A DNA stretch of 32,000 nucleotides from Ureaplasma parvum serovar 3 str. ATCC 27815 (GTDB taxonomy: Bacteria > Bacillota_I > Bacilli_A > Mycoplasmatales > Mycoplasmoidaceae). The first letter of the stretch is position 1. Every line of letters begins with the position of its first letter. The notes under the pieces were generated by a model that saw only the letters and a program-made list of their open reading frames with translations, ran no database searches and had not been told where the DNA came from. Both the position numbers and the translations under genes were made by a program. Location of the stretch: positions 90,001 to 122,000 of the forward strand of contig NC_010503.1 of the NCBI RefSeq assembly GCF_000019345.1, given 5' to 3'. This document shows, one piece after another, positions 14,909 through 22,799 of this stretch.

Positions 14909-15590
14909 TTTCTAACTTTTGTAATATTTTTGTAACTTCATCAACGTTTTGTTCAACAGAATTGTTTGCATCTAAAACAACATAGTTAATACCAAAATCT
15001 TTACAAACATTAACCATATAATTTTTGTACATTTCTAATAAACGTTTGAAGTATGTTTCATTAATTGAAAAATTATCAATTTCAACTTTCCGGTTTCTTT
15101 TAAAAATTCTTTCTTTGAATAACTCTCAATCACCATCTAAAATGACGTAAAGTTTTGGAACTCCATGTTCATAGATTAATTCTTTGCAAACTCCTTGTCA
15201 CAATCCATCATAATATGAAAATACAGAAGGTTTATCAATATTTGCATGCGCAAATAATCAATCTTCAAAAATACTACGATCAAAAATTGTTAAACTTTTA
15301 CGGTTACAATTATTTTTGTAGTTTGCAAAACGATTTAAAACAAAATATAGTTGAAATAAAGACCCAAAAAGAACGTTATTCTCACGTTCATACATTTTTG
15401 CTAGTAATAAATCCATTAATTTATCACCCTCAACCATTTCATAAACCACATTTGATGGTTGATATTTTTCGTGTAAAGCTTGTGCTAAAGTAGATTTACC
15501 AAAAGCAATCATACCACCTATTGCAATAGAATTAGAAACCCTATTTTTTTTAAAAGATGGTGTTAAAAAATCTAATTTTTTATCTGACAT
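14892..15590 (-). pseudogene. deoxynucleoside kinase (dAK/dGK family), reading frame disrupted
   Basis: It has the P-loop 'GGMIAFGKST', 'FDRSIFED' and a lid-like 'RIFKRNRKVE'. Read from the start at 15590 with TGA=Trp, the frame hits TAA at 15009-15011 after 193 aa. The expected continuation 'NETYFKRLLEMYKNYMVNVC' is in another frame across 15002-15059. The C-terminus 'DFGINYVVLDANNSVEQNVDEVTKILQKLENEQDK*' then returns to the original frame and ends at 14892. The family call is solid. Whether the disruption is biological or a sequencing error cannot be decided here. Confidence 0.6.
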
Positions 15591-15787
15591 ATTTTAACCC
15601 TTATCATAAATATTTTTTTAGTTCATATTTTAGATTATACAAATAAAAAAACTAAAAAATAAAATTAAAAAAATAATTTTTTTATTATTAAAAAATGTTA
15701 ATTTTATGGTATTTATAATAGATAAAAATTAAATTTTGTGCTAATTCTAATTTATAATTAAAACTAGTAGTTTTTAGGGGATAATAA

Positions 15788-17581
15788 ATGAGCGAATCAA
15801 CATTGTACCGTAAATATCGGCCACATAAATTTAAAAATGTAATAGGTCAAGATTTAATTAAACAAGCATTAATGAATGCTTGTTTAAACAACAAAATTAC
15901 ACATGCTTATATTTTTAGTGGACCACGAGGAATTGGAAAAACATCAATAGCTAGAATTTTTGCGTCTAGTATTAATTGTTTAAATCCTAATAAAGGTGAT
16001 TGTTGCGGCAAATGTAGTGTTTGTGAAAGTATTCTCAAAGAACAAAGTGTTGATTTGATTGAATTAGATGCTGCTAGTAATAATGGTGTTGATCAAATAC
16101 GTATTATTACTGATAATATAAATTATTTACCAACATTTTTTAAGTATAAAGTCTATATTATTGATGAAGCACATATGCTATCTACATCAGCATGAAATGC
16201 TTTATTAAAAACAGTTGAAGAACCACCACAACACGTTATTTTTATTTTTGCAACAACAGAGTACCAAAAAATTCCCTTAACAATTATTAGTCGTTGCCAA
16301 CGTTATGATTTTAAGCGTTTAAATAACAGTGAATTACAAGAATTAATAGACTCTATCCTTACAAAAGAAGATATCAAAATTGATAATAATGCAATTGATA
16401 AATTAATTCAATTAGCTGATGGATCTGGGCGTGATTGTTTAAGCATTTTAGATCAATTAACAACGGTTAAAAAAAATATAGATCTTGATTTAATAAATAA
16501 AACTTTTGGTTTAGTTGACAACTTTAAAGTAATTTCTTTAATCGAATTAATTCAAAAAAACGACATTTTATTATTGCGTGAATTTATTTATGAATTATAC
16601 AATCAAGGTGTTAATTTAGAAGCTTTTTGTGTGCAAATAATAAATGTTTTAATTGATTATTTAATTTATTTAAAAACAAACGATATAAATAATCTTAAAA
16701 AAGTATCAGTTGATGAATTAAAAAAAATGTTATTAATTAATTTTAATGGTAATTATTTGTTAAATAATTTTATTTCTTTATTTAATAATTTAAAAAAATC
16801 ATTAAATCAAGTTTTTGAATTTGAAATTTATTTATATAAAATAATCAATGCTAATAATGATAAATTAGAAAATAAAAAAATAGAATTGTCAATTAACCCT
16901 GAAGAAAATAAAATTAATAATTCCCAAATAATAACGACAAAAAAAATCGATTGTTTTGAAGAAATAAATAAAAATACTGTTGATTTTGATAAGTTATACA
17001 AAACAAAAATTTTTTATCACAAAAAAATTAACAACCAGAATGATAAAGAATCAGGTATTAATCAAAAAGAAGAATTAAGTACAGAATTAGTTAATGATAA
17101 TAAATTGATTTGCAATTCTAATGATATATTAGATAATTATGAACTAGCCAAACAAGCTTTTTTTAATAAAGACATTAAACTTTCAAAAGAAATGAGTCAA
17201 AAATTTAAAGATTTTAAAAATGAAGAAACCATTGAAAATAGTTATATTGATATTATTAAACAAGCTGATTTAGTACTTTGGTGCTCACCTAATGCACTAG
17301 TTTTAGGAGTAGAGTTTTTAGGATTAATTAATCGTATCAATAAAGTTACGCATTCATTTGAATTTATTAAAGAATTTGTTAAGAAATTTGATTCTATCAA
17401 GTTAGTTATTGCTATTAGCAAAAAACAAGCATTAAATATTATTAATATTAAAAAACAAGGTTTAAAAACTAATATAATTAATGATGTTTTAATTGATGAT
17501 ATTAAAATGTTATTAAAACAAGAAGAACAACGAAAACAAGAACAAACAGCGTTATTAAATGAAATTGAAGATGAGGAGTAA
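15788..17581 (+). CDS. dnaX: DNA polymerase III subunit gamma/tau
   Basis: Track ORFs 15788..16195 and 16574..17581 share one frame, with one TGA at 16193 and the gap verified free of TAA/TAG. It has the Walker A 'GPRGIGKTS', the Zn-module 'CGKCSVCESI', the Walker B 'YIIDEAHMLS' and 'SRCQRYDF'. The protein is 597 aa. Confidence 0.93.
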
Positions 17582-17588
17582 AATTTAA

Positions 17589-17888
17589 ATGGACTTTCAA
17601 AAACTTGCACAAGAATTAAAAAAAATGCAAAACACTTTAAGTAAAAAACAAAAAGAATTTGAAGAAAAAGTGTTTGATTTTGATTATAAAGGATATGTAC
17701 TTGTTAAAATCAAAGGTGATTTAAATATTGAAGCAATTGAAATAAAAACAGAAATAGTGGATCCTGAAGACAAAGAAACATTACAAGATATTTTACGTGC
17801 AGCGATCAATGAAGCAATCTCTATAACATGTAAAGAACGAGATGCGATTATGAATGCTACAATCCCTAAAGGAACAGGTCTTTTTTAG
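17589..17888 (+). CDS. ybaB: nucleoid-associated protein YbaB/EbfC
   Basis: Intact 99-aa ORF. The 'LKKMQ...' N-terminus and its position between dnaX and recR follow the conserved operon order. Confidence 0.9.
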   Translation: MDFQKLAQELKKMQNTLSKKQKEFEEKVFDFDYKGYVLVKIKGDLNIEAIEIKTEIVDPEDKETLQDILRAAINEAISITCKERDAIMNATIPKGTGLF

Positions 17889-17896
17889 AATTAATT

Positions 17897-18502
17897 ATGA
17901 GTAAACCAGTAGAATTTGAAATGCTTGTTGATGCACTTAAATCATTACCTGGTGTAGGAACAAAAAATGCTAATAAATGAGCATTTTTTTTGTTACAACA
18001 AGATCAAAAATACATTGATGATCTTATTAAAAGAATTAAAGAAGCAAAAACAAATATTTTAAAATGTAAGTATTGTGCTAATTTTACAAATAAAGACGAA
18101 TGCGATATTTGTTTAAATGAATATCGTGATTTTACTAAATTAATGATTGTTACCACAAACGAGGATTTAGAAAGAATCGAATCAGCTAACATTTATAATG
18201 GCCTATATCATATTACAAATGGTGAAATCTCTTTAAGGAAAAACGTTGTTATTGAACATACAAACATTAAGACTATTAAAGAGCGTGTTTTAAATGGTAG
18301 TTTTAAAGAAATAATTATTGCTACAAGTTATACCCATGATGGGGAAGTTACGGCTGATTATATTATAAGAATGCTTGAAGACATTAAAGATTTACAAATT
18401 TATCGTATTGGCTTTGGTATTCCTTTAAATTCAAGCATTGATTATGCAGATGATGAAACTTTAAAGCAGTCTCTTATTAATAAACGGAAAATAAGAAATT
18501 AA
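17897..18502 (+). CDS. recR: recombination protein RecR
   Basis: The ATG at 17897 is followed by the HhH 'LKSLPGVGTKNANKWAFF' (W encoded by TGA), the C4 zinc finger 'CKYCANFTNKDECDIC' and a Toprim region. It joins track ORF 17990..18502 in frame. The protein is 201 aa. Confidence 0.93.
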
Positions 18503-18568
18503 TTTTTTATTTTAAAACAATCTTTAATTATTCATTTTAAATGGGGGTTATAATAATTGTATAATTAT

Positions 18569-18575
18569 AAGGAGG
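18569..18575 (+). promoter_or_regulatory. canonical Shine-Dalgarno (AAGGAGG) for the small repeat-protein gene
   Basis: AAGGAGG lies 8 nt upstream of the ATG at 18584. Two TATAAT hexamers (18549-18554 and 18560-18565) lie just upstream. Confidence 0.55.
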
Positions 18576-18583
18576 TTAAACAT

Positions 18584-18826
18584 ATGGGTTACGGTAAAGG
18601 ATACTTAGCAATGTTTAAAAACAAGAAAGTAAGATTTAAGGTTGTAAATAGCTTTCCTGATCTAAAGGTTCAATTTGTTACATCATTTCCTGATTACAAA
18701 GTAAAGATTTCAAATTCATCTTCTTTTTGTGAGGAAACTATTAAAATTCAAGTTGTTACTAGCTTTCCTGATGTAAAATTACAAAAAGTTACATCATTCG
18801 GTGATTTTGAAGCTTATATTGACTAA
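18584..18826 (+). CDS. hypothetical 80-aa protein made of SFPD-x-KV repeats
   Basis: I prefer the ATG at 18584, which has a perfect SD, over the track's TTG at 18557. The protein is 'MGYGKGYLAMFKNKKVRFKVVNSFPDLKVQFVTSFPDYKVKISNSSSFCEETIKIQVVTSFPDVKLQKVTSFGDFEAYID'. That gives about five 11-residue units of the form V-x-S-F-P-D-x-K-V. I do not recognise it as a characterised family. Confidence 0.6.
   Translation: MGYGKGYLAMFKNKKVRFKVVNSFPDLKVQFVTSFPDYKVKISNSSSFCEETIKIQVVTSFPDVKLQKVTSFGDFEAYID
18641..18817 (+). repeat. internal duplication within the small ORF (two ~66-nt double units, 111 nt apart)
   Basis: Segments 18641-18706 and 18752-18817 align without gaps. By eye they are roughly three-quarters identical, sharing 'agctttcctgat' and 'gttacatcatt'. 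Each encodes two SFPD-type units. Confidence 0.7.
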
Positions 18827-18859
18827 GAACTAGATAATAAAAAATTTTTATTTTTTGAT

Positions 18860-18889
18860 TGAGCTGGTGGTATGCTGGCTCATTTTTTT
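18860..18889 (+). terminator. intrinsic terminator/attenuator-like hairpin between the small ORF and the nuclease gene
   Basis: The stem pairs 18860-18867 with 18875-18882 ('tgagctgg' with 'ctggctca'), giving 8 bp including 2 G-U pairs. The loop is 7 nt and a run of 7 T follows at 18883-18889. The track's ATG at 18872 sits inside the loop. Confidence 0.5.
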
Positions 18890-18922
18890 AATATATTTAA
18901 TTTGAGAAGAGGCGAGTTAATT

Positions 18923-20626
18923 ATGGCTAATGAGTATTATAATATGTGTGCCTTAGATGCACTCAAATTTGTGAAAAATAGAAATATGTTATTACCAGAT
19001 ATTCAAAGAGAATATGTTTGGGATACAACTGATATAGAAAAATTATTTGAATCTATAGTTGATGATTATCCAGTGGGTTCTTGTATATTTTGGAAAACAA
19101 ATAAAAAAGTACTTAATGATGAAAAACCAAATCTTTATTATTTTATTTCTAAATATAAGCAAGGCGTAACTAAAAATGAAAAAGCACCAGAATTTGTATC
19201 TGATGAAACAGATTATTATATAGTATTAGATGGACAACAAAGAATTACATCTCTTAATATTGCATTGTTTGGATCGTTTACATCTAAGAAAAAAGGTAAA
19301 GGATATAGTGTAAAAAATTCTAAATCATGGGTAGAACGAGAACTATATTATAATTTATCTTTTTACGACAGCAATGAATTGGATGATGAAAATCCCATTA
19401 AAAGATTTGTATTTTTGTCTGAAGAAGAAGCAAAGAATGGTAATTATTATAAAGTTAAGCAAATAGTTAAAAGTGATAACTTAACTGATTATGTTGATAC
19501 AATATCGAATTTTAATAAAAATGTAAAAACGGATTTAATGTGTTTGTATAGAAGAATTATGGAAGCGTCTGCCACTAGTGTAATTCATTATTATTGCATT
19601 GCAGAGAATACATATGATGAAGCACTAGATATTTTTGTTAGAGTAAATTCTACTGGAAGAAAACTATCAAAGTCCGATTTATTATTTTCTACATTAATTG
19701 ATGGTTGGAAAGAAGGGAAGGAAAATATAGACACCTTATTGTCTGACTTAAATTCAGCTGGAGATGGATTTTCTTTTACAAGAGATTATTTAATGCGATT
19801 GGCTTTGGTATTAGTTGATGCAAATACTAATTTAAAAATTGATTCGTTAACTTCTAAAACAATAAAGGAAATCAGGGATAACTGGCAAAAAATAAAGAAA
19901 GCGCTAGAAAAATTATCTGAATTATTAGTTTCAATTGGCATGTGTGACGAAAATATGACCTCATATAATGCAACCATTCCACTGGCATATTATTTTTACA
20001 AAGGTGGCAAAATTGATACAGCAGAATCAAAAAAAGAAGCAAGAAAGTTCCTAGCCGTTTCAATGTCAAAAGGACTGTTTGGTGTAGCAAGTAATGATTC
20101 TTTGAATCAAAGCAGAACTGCTCTTAAGTCAGTAAATGAAAAAACTCCATTTTCATTAACTTTATTTAGTAGTATTACTTTAACGGGTAATAGAACATTT
20201 ACTGCATCGAAAGATGATATTGAATATTGGTTGACGAAGTTTGAAAAAGGAAAAAACACATTCATAATTCTTTCTTTGCTTTATCCTAATTTAAAGTTAA
20301 GCCAAGTTGAGTTCCATCAGGATCACTGTCACCCTTATACTTCATTTGATGATAAAAACATTAAAAAATTAGGATTGACAGAAGATAAAATAAAAGAATG
20401 GCAGTTTAAAAGAAATTTAATTCCTAATTTGCAGTTTTTGGCAGGTAAGGAAAATGAGTCAAAAAATAAAAGGCCTTTATCAAATTGGGTTAAAGATGGA
20501 AATACCTTTGAATATAGACCAGAAAATGTTTCTCTTGAATTATCCAATTTTGATAAATTTTTTAATGAAAGAAAATCCCTTATAAAAAATAAGCTTTTGG
20601 ATATTTTTGGTTTAAAAGCAAACTAA
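18923..20626 (+). CDS. DUF262 + DUF1524 (His-Me/HNH-type) nuclease, GmrSD/BrxU-like type IV restriction-family protein
   Basis: This is an uninterrupted ORF. The N-terminal DUF262 motifs are 'LLPDIQREYVW' (19001-19021), 'YPVGSCIFW', 'VLDGQQRITSL' (DGQQR at 19229-19243) and 'VNSTGRKLSKSDLLFS'. The C-terminal DUF1524-type motifs are 'HQDHCHP' (20315-20335) and 'NLIPNLQFLAGKENESKNK'. I prefer the ATG at 18923, which is downstream of the hairpin and preceded by GAGG-containing sequence, giving 567 aa. Confidence 0.85.
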   Translation: MANEYYNMCALDALKFVKNRNMLLPDIQREYVWDTTDIEKLFESIVDDYPVGSCIFWKTNKKVLNDEKPNLYYFISKYKQGVTKNEKAPEFVSDETDYYIVLDGQQRITSLNIALFGSFTSKKKGKGYSVKNSKSWVERELYYNLSFYDSNELDDENPIKRFVFLSEEEAKNGNYYKVKQIVKSDNLTDYVDTISNFNKNVKTDLMCLYRRIMEASATSVIHYYCIAENTYDEALDIFVRVNSTGRKLSKSDLLFSTLIDGWKEGKENIDTLLSDLNSAGDGFSFTRDYLMRLALVLVDANTNLKIDSLTSKTIKEIRDNWQKIKKALEKLSELLVSIGMCDENMTSYNATIPLAYYFYKGGKIDTAESKKEARKFLAVSMSKGLFGVASNDSLNQSRTALKSVNEKTPFSLTLFSSITLTGNRTFTASKDDIEYWLTKFEKGKNTFIILSLLYPNLKLSQVEFHQDHCHPYTSFDDKNIKKLGLTEDKIKEWQFKRNLIPNLQFLAGKENESKNKRPLSNWVKDGNTFEYRPENVSLELSNFDKFFNERKSLIKNKLLDIFGLKAN

Positions 20627-20853
20627 AAATAAATAAATGTATAAAAATCTAGATTTTACTCAGTTCTAAATAAATTAATTTCTGTATGAAGTGGAATTAC
20701 ATGGTTTTTTTGCTTGAATATTGTAAATATTCGTATGCTTTGATATAGTATTAATGCAAGCCAATGTGTATAGTGCTTTGCAGTACCTATGACCGATTAA
20801 TGGTGGAGTGGTGCAAAAAAAATTATTTTTCTCTGATCTCAAAGGGTTGATGA

Positions 20854-20931
20854 AAGGAGGAACTTATTATGTCATCAAACAAAGTAGAAAGATTCGACTT
20901 GTTTAAGAACATAACATTATCATTTTGATAA
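20854..20931 (+). other. orphan strong SD (AAGGAGG) plus 20-codon micro-ORF, possibly the 5' remnant of a lost gene
   Basis: AAGGAGG at 20854-20860 lies 8 nt upstream of the ATG at 20869. The ORF reads 'MSSNKVERFDLFKNITLSF' and then TGA-TAA (20926-20931). A 7-bp inverted repeat, 'ttgatga' and 'tcatcaa', brackets the SD and start codon. Confidence 0.2.
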
Positions 20932-21241
20932 ATTAATATTTTGTTTAAGAATAGATAACATTTTAAATTCTTAGTTCTAATTCGTTAATCTTTTTCTAAT
21001 TTAAGAATTTTTATTTATAGATTTGTTTTTTTTAACTCATTGGTTATTTTAATTAATTCATTAATACTATAAATTAGAAACATTTTATTTTGATTAGAAG
21101 CATTTTGAATTTAAACTTTATATCTATAATACAAATTTTGTGTTTTTTATAATTTTATAAATTTCTTATTAAGAAATACAAAGATTAAATAATATAATTA
21201 ATGATTAGTACAATAATTTTTAAAATATAAAGAGGTAATTG

Positions 21242-22588
21242 ATGTTCAAAGCAATGATAGGTAGTATTGTAAGTAAACAAATGTCAAAAAAATTAAAAAA
21301 TGCGACAATTGTTGAAGAAGATATTAAAGAATTATTAAGCGAGATAAGAATAGCATTATTAGATGCTGACGTTAATTTATTAGTTGTTAAAAAATTTATT
21401 AAAAACATCAAAGAAAAAACAATTGGATTGTATGTTGAAGCAAACCAAAAGCCAGCAGATCTTGTTTTAAAAATAATTAAAGATGAATTAGTTGAAATTT
21501 TAGGAAAAGAAAATAAGCCAGTTAACACAGCTAAATCACAATTAAAAATTATGATGGTTGGTTTACAAGGTTCAGGTAAAACAACAACTACTGGTAAATT
21601 AGCTAATTATTTTAAAAATAAATACAATAAAAAACCATTATTAGTGGCGGCTGATATCTATCGTCCAGCGGCGATTGATCAATTAAGAACATTAGCAAAA
21701 CAAGTTCGTGTAGATTTTTGAGAAGAAGGAACACAACGCCCTGATTTAATTGTAAAAAATGCTTTAAACAAAGCTGATGAAAATGAAAATAATTTGATAA
21801 TTGTTGATACAGCTGGACGTTTACAAACAAACGAAGAGTTAATGCAAGAATTAGTAAATGTTAAAAAAACACTAAATCCTGATGAGGTTTTTTTAGTTGT
21901 TGATGCTATGGCAGGCCAAGACATTATTAACGTTGCTACAGAATTCAATAATTGATTAAAATTAACAGGTATTATTGTTACTAAATTAGATTCAGATGCA
22001 CGTGCTGGAGCTGTTTTATCATTAACATCGTTATTAAATATACCAATTAAATTCACAGGTACTGGTGAAAAAATAGGATCAATTGATAGTTTCTATCCAG
22101 AACGAATGGCTGATCGAATTTTAGGTCTTGGTGATATCATGACTTTAGCAGAGAAAGCAGCTGATGTTATTGATGAAAAACAAGTTCGTGGTTCGATGCA
22201 ACGAATGATGGCAGGAAAAATGGATTTAGAAGATTTAATGCGTCAAATGAGTCAAATTAGTAAATTAGGTAGTTTTTCAGGAATAGCTAAGATGATTCCT
22301 GGATTGAACAATATTTCTGAAAACCAAATTGGTGATGCTGAGAGCAAAATGAAAATATGAACAATTTTATTATCAAGTATGACTTTAAAAGAACGTCGTG
22401 ATCCGCGCGTTTTTAAAAAAGAACCATCAAGACGCATACGGGTTTTAAAAGGATCAGGACGTTCGCCTGATGAATTAAATAAGTTATTAAAACAGTGGGA
22501 AGTGTCACGTGATAAAATGGCAGAACTTGGTAAAATGTTACAAAAAGGAAAAAATCCTTTTAGTAAATCTGGTGGGTTATTTAGTTAA
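21242..22588 (+). CDS. ffh: signal recognition particle protein Ffh
   Basis: Track fragments 21239..21721, 22106..22360 and 22379..22588 join in one frame through 3 TGA codons, with the gaps verified. The GTPase motifs are 'GLQGSGKTTT', 'DTAGRL' and 'TKLDSDARAG'. It has a Met-rich M domain. The ATG at 21242 has an AGAGG SD. The protein is 448 aa. Confidence 0.95.
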
Positions 22589-22612
22589 AAATGGTTATAC
22601 ACCATTTTTTTA
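22587..22612 (+). terminator. rho-independent terminator after ffh
   Basis: The arms are 'aaaaatggt' (22587-22595) and 'accattttt' (22601-22609), with a 5-nt loop. A T-run follows. Confidence 0.5.
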
Positions 22613-22799
22613 TTTTATTTAATATAATAAATTGTTGAATAAGAAAAAATAAAACACTATCTTAATAATTTTTCTTATTATTCCATATATTTTTAAAAAC
22701 AAAATAATCAAAATAAAAAAATACAATAAAACCAAAATTAAATTTATCTTTTGAATAAAATTATTAACAATATTTAATATATGGAAAAATCACATAAAA

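Noticed and set aside
18532-18541. The 10-mer 'cattttaaat' occurs on both sides of the cassette (18532-18541 and about 20961-20970). I considered it as possible att-like direct repeats.
   Set aside because: An all-A/T-rich 10-mer recurs easily by chance in this composition. There is no integrase, no tRNA target and no longer flanking repeat.
18557-18583. TTG start at 18557 given by the ORF track for the small repeat protein.
   Set aside because: The AAGGAGG SD lies inside this extension, 8 nt upstream of the ATG at 18584. That makes 18584 the far more plausible start.
18872-18922. ATG at 18872 given by the ORF track as the start of the DUF262/DUF1524 gene.
   Set aside because: This ATG sits in the loop of the terminator-like hairpin (18860-18882) and has no SD. 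The ATG at 18923 follows GAGG-containing sequence, and the conserved DUF262 N-terminus begins shortly after it.
20686-20711. A possible terminator for the nuclease gene: a T7 run at 20705-20711 preceded by 'atgaagtggaattacat'.
   Set aside because: Only 3-4 base pairs can form upstream of the T-run, so it is not a credible intrinsic terminator.
20675-20842. A 55-codon minus-strand ORF with four Cys ('...FFCTTPPLIGHRYCKALYTLACINT...KKPC...') in the non-coding tail.
   Set aside because: It has only a TTG start, no SD and no recognisable motif. It overlaps the GC-rich patch, which might equally be RNA, so there is no support beyond being open.
22638-22679. An 11-bp perfect inverted repeat, 'aataagaaaaa' and 'tttttcttatt', separated by 20 nt, upstream of the ABC permease.
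   Set aside because: It is almost pure A/T with a long loop, which is thermodynamically weak and expected by chance in AT-rich spacers. I cannot distinguish an operator from noise.
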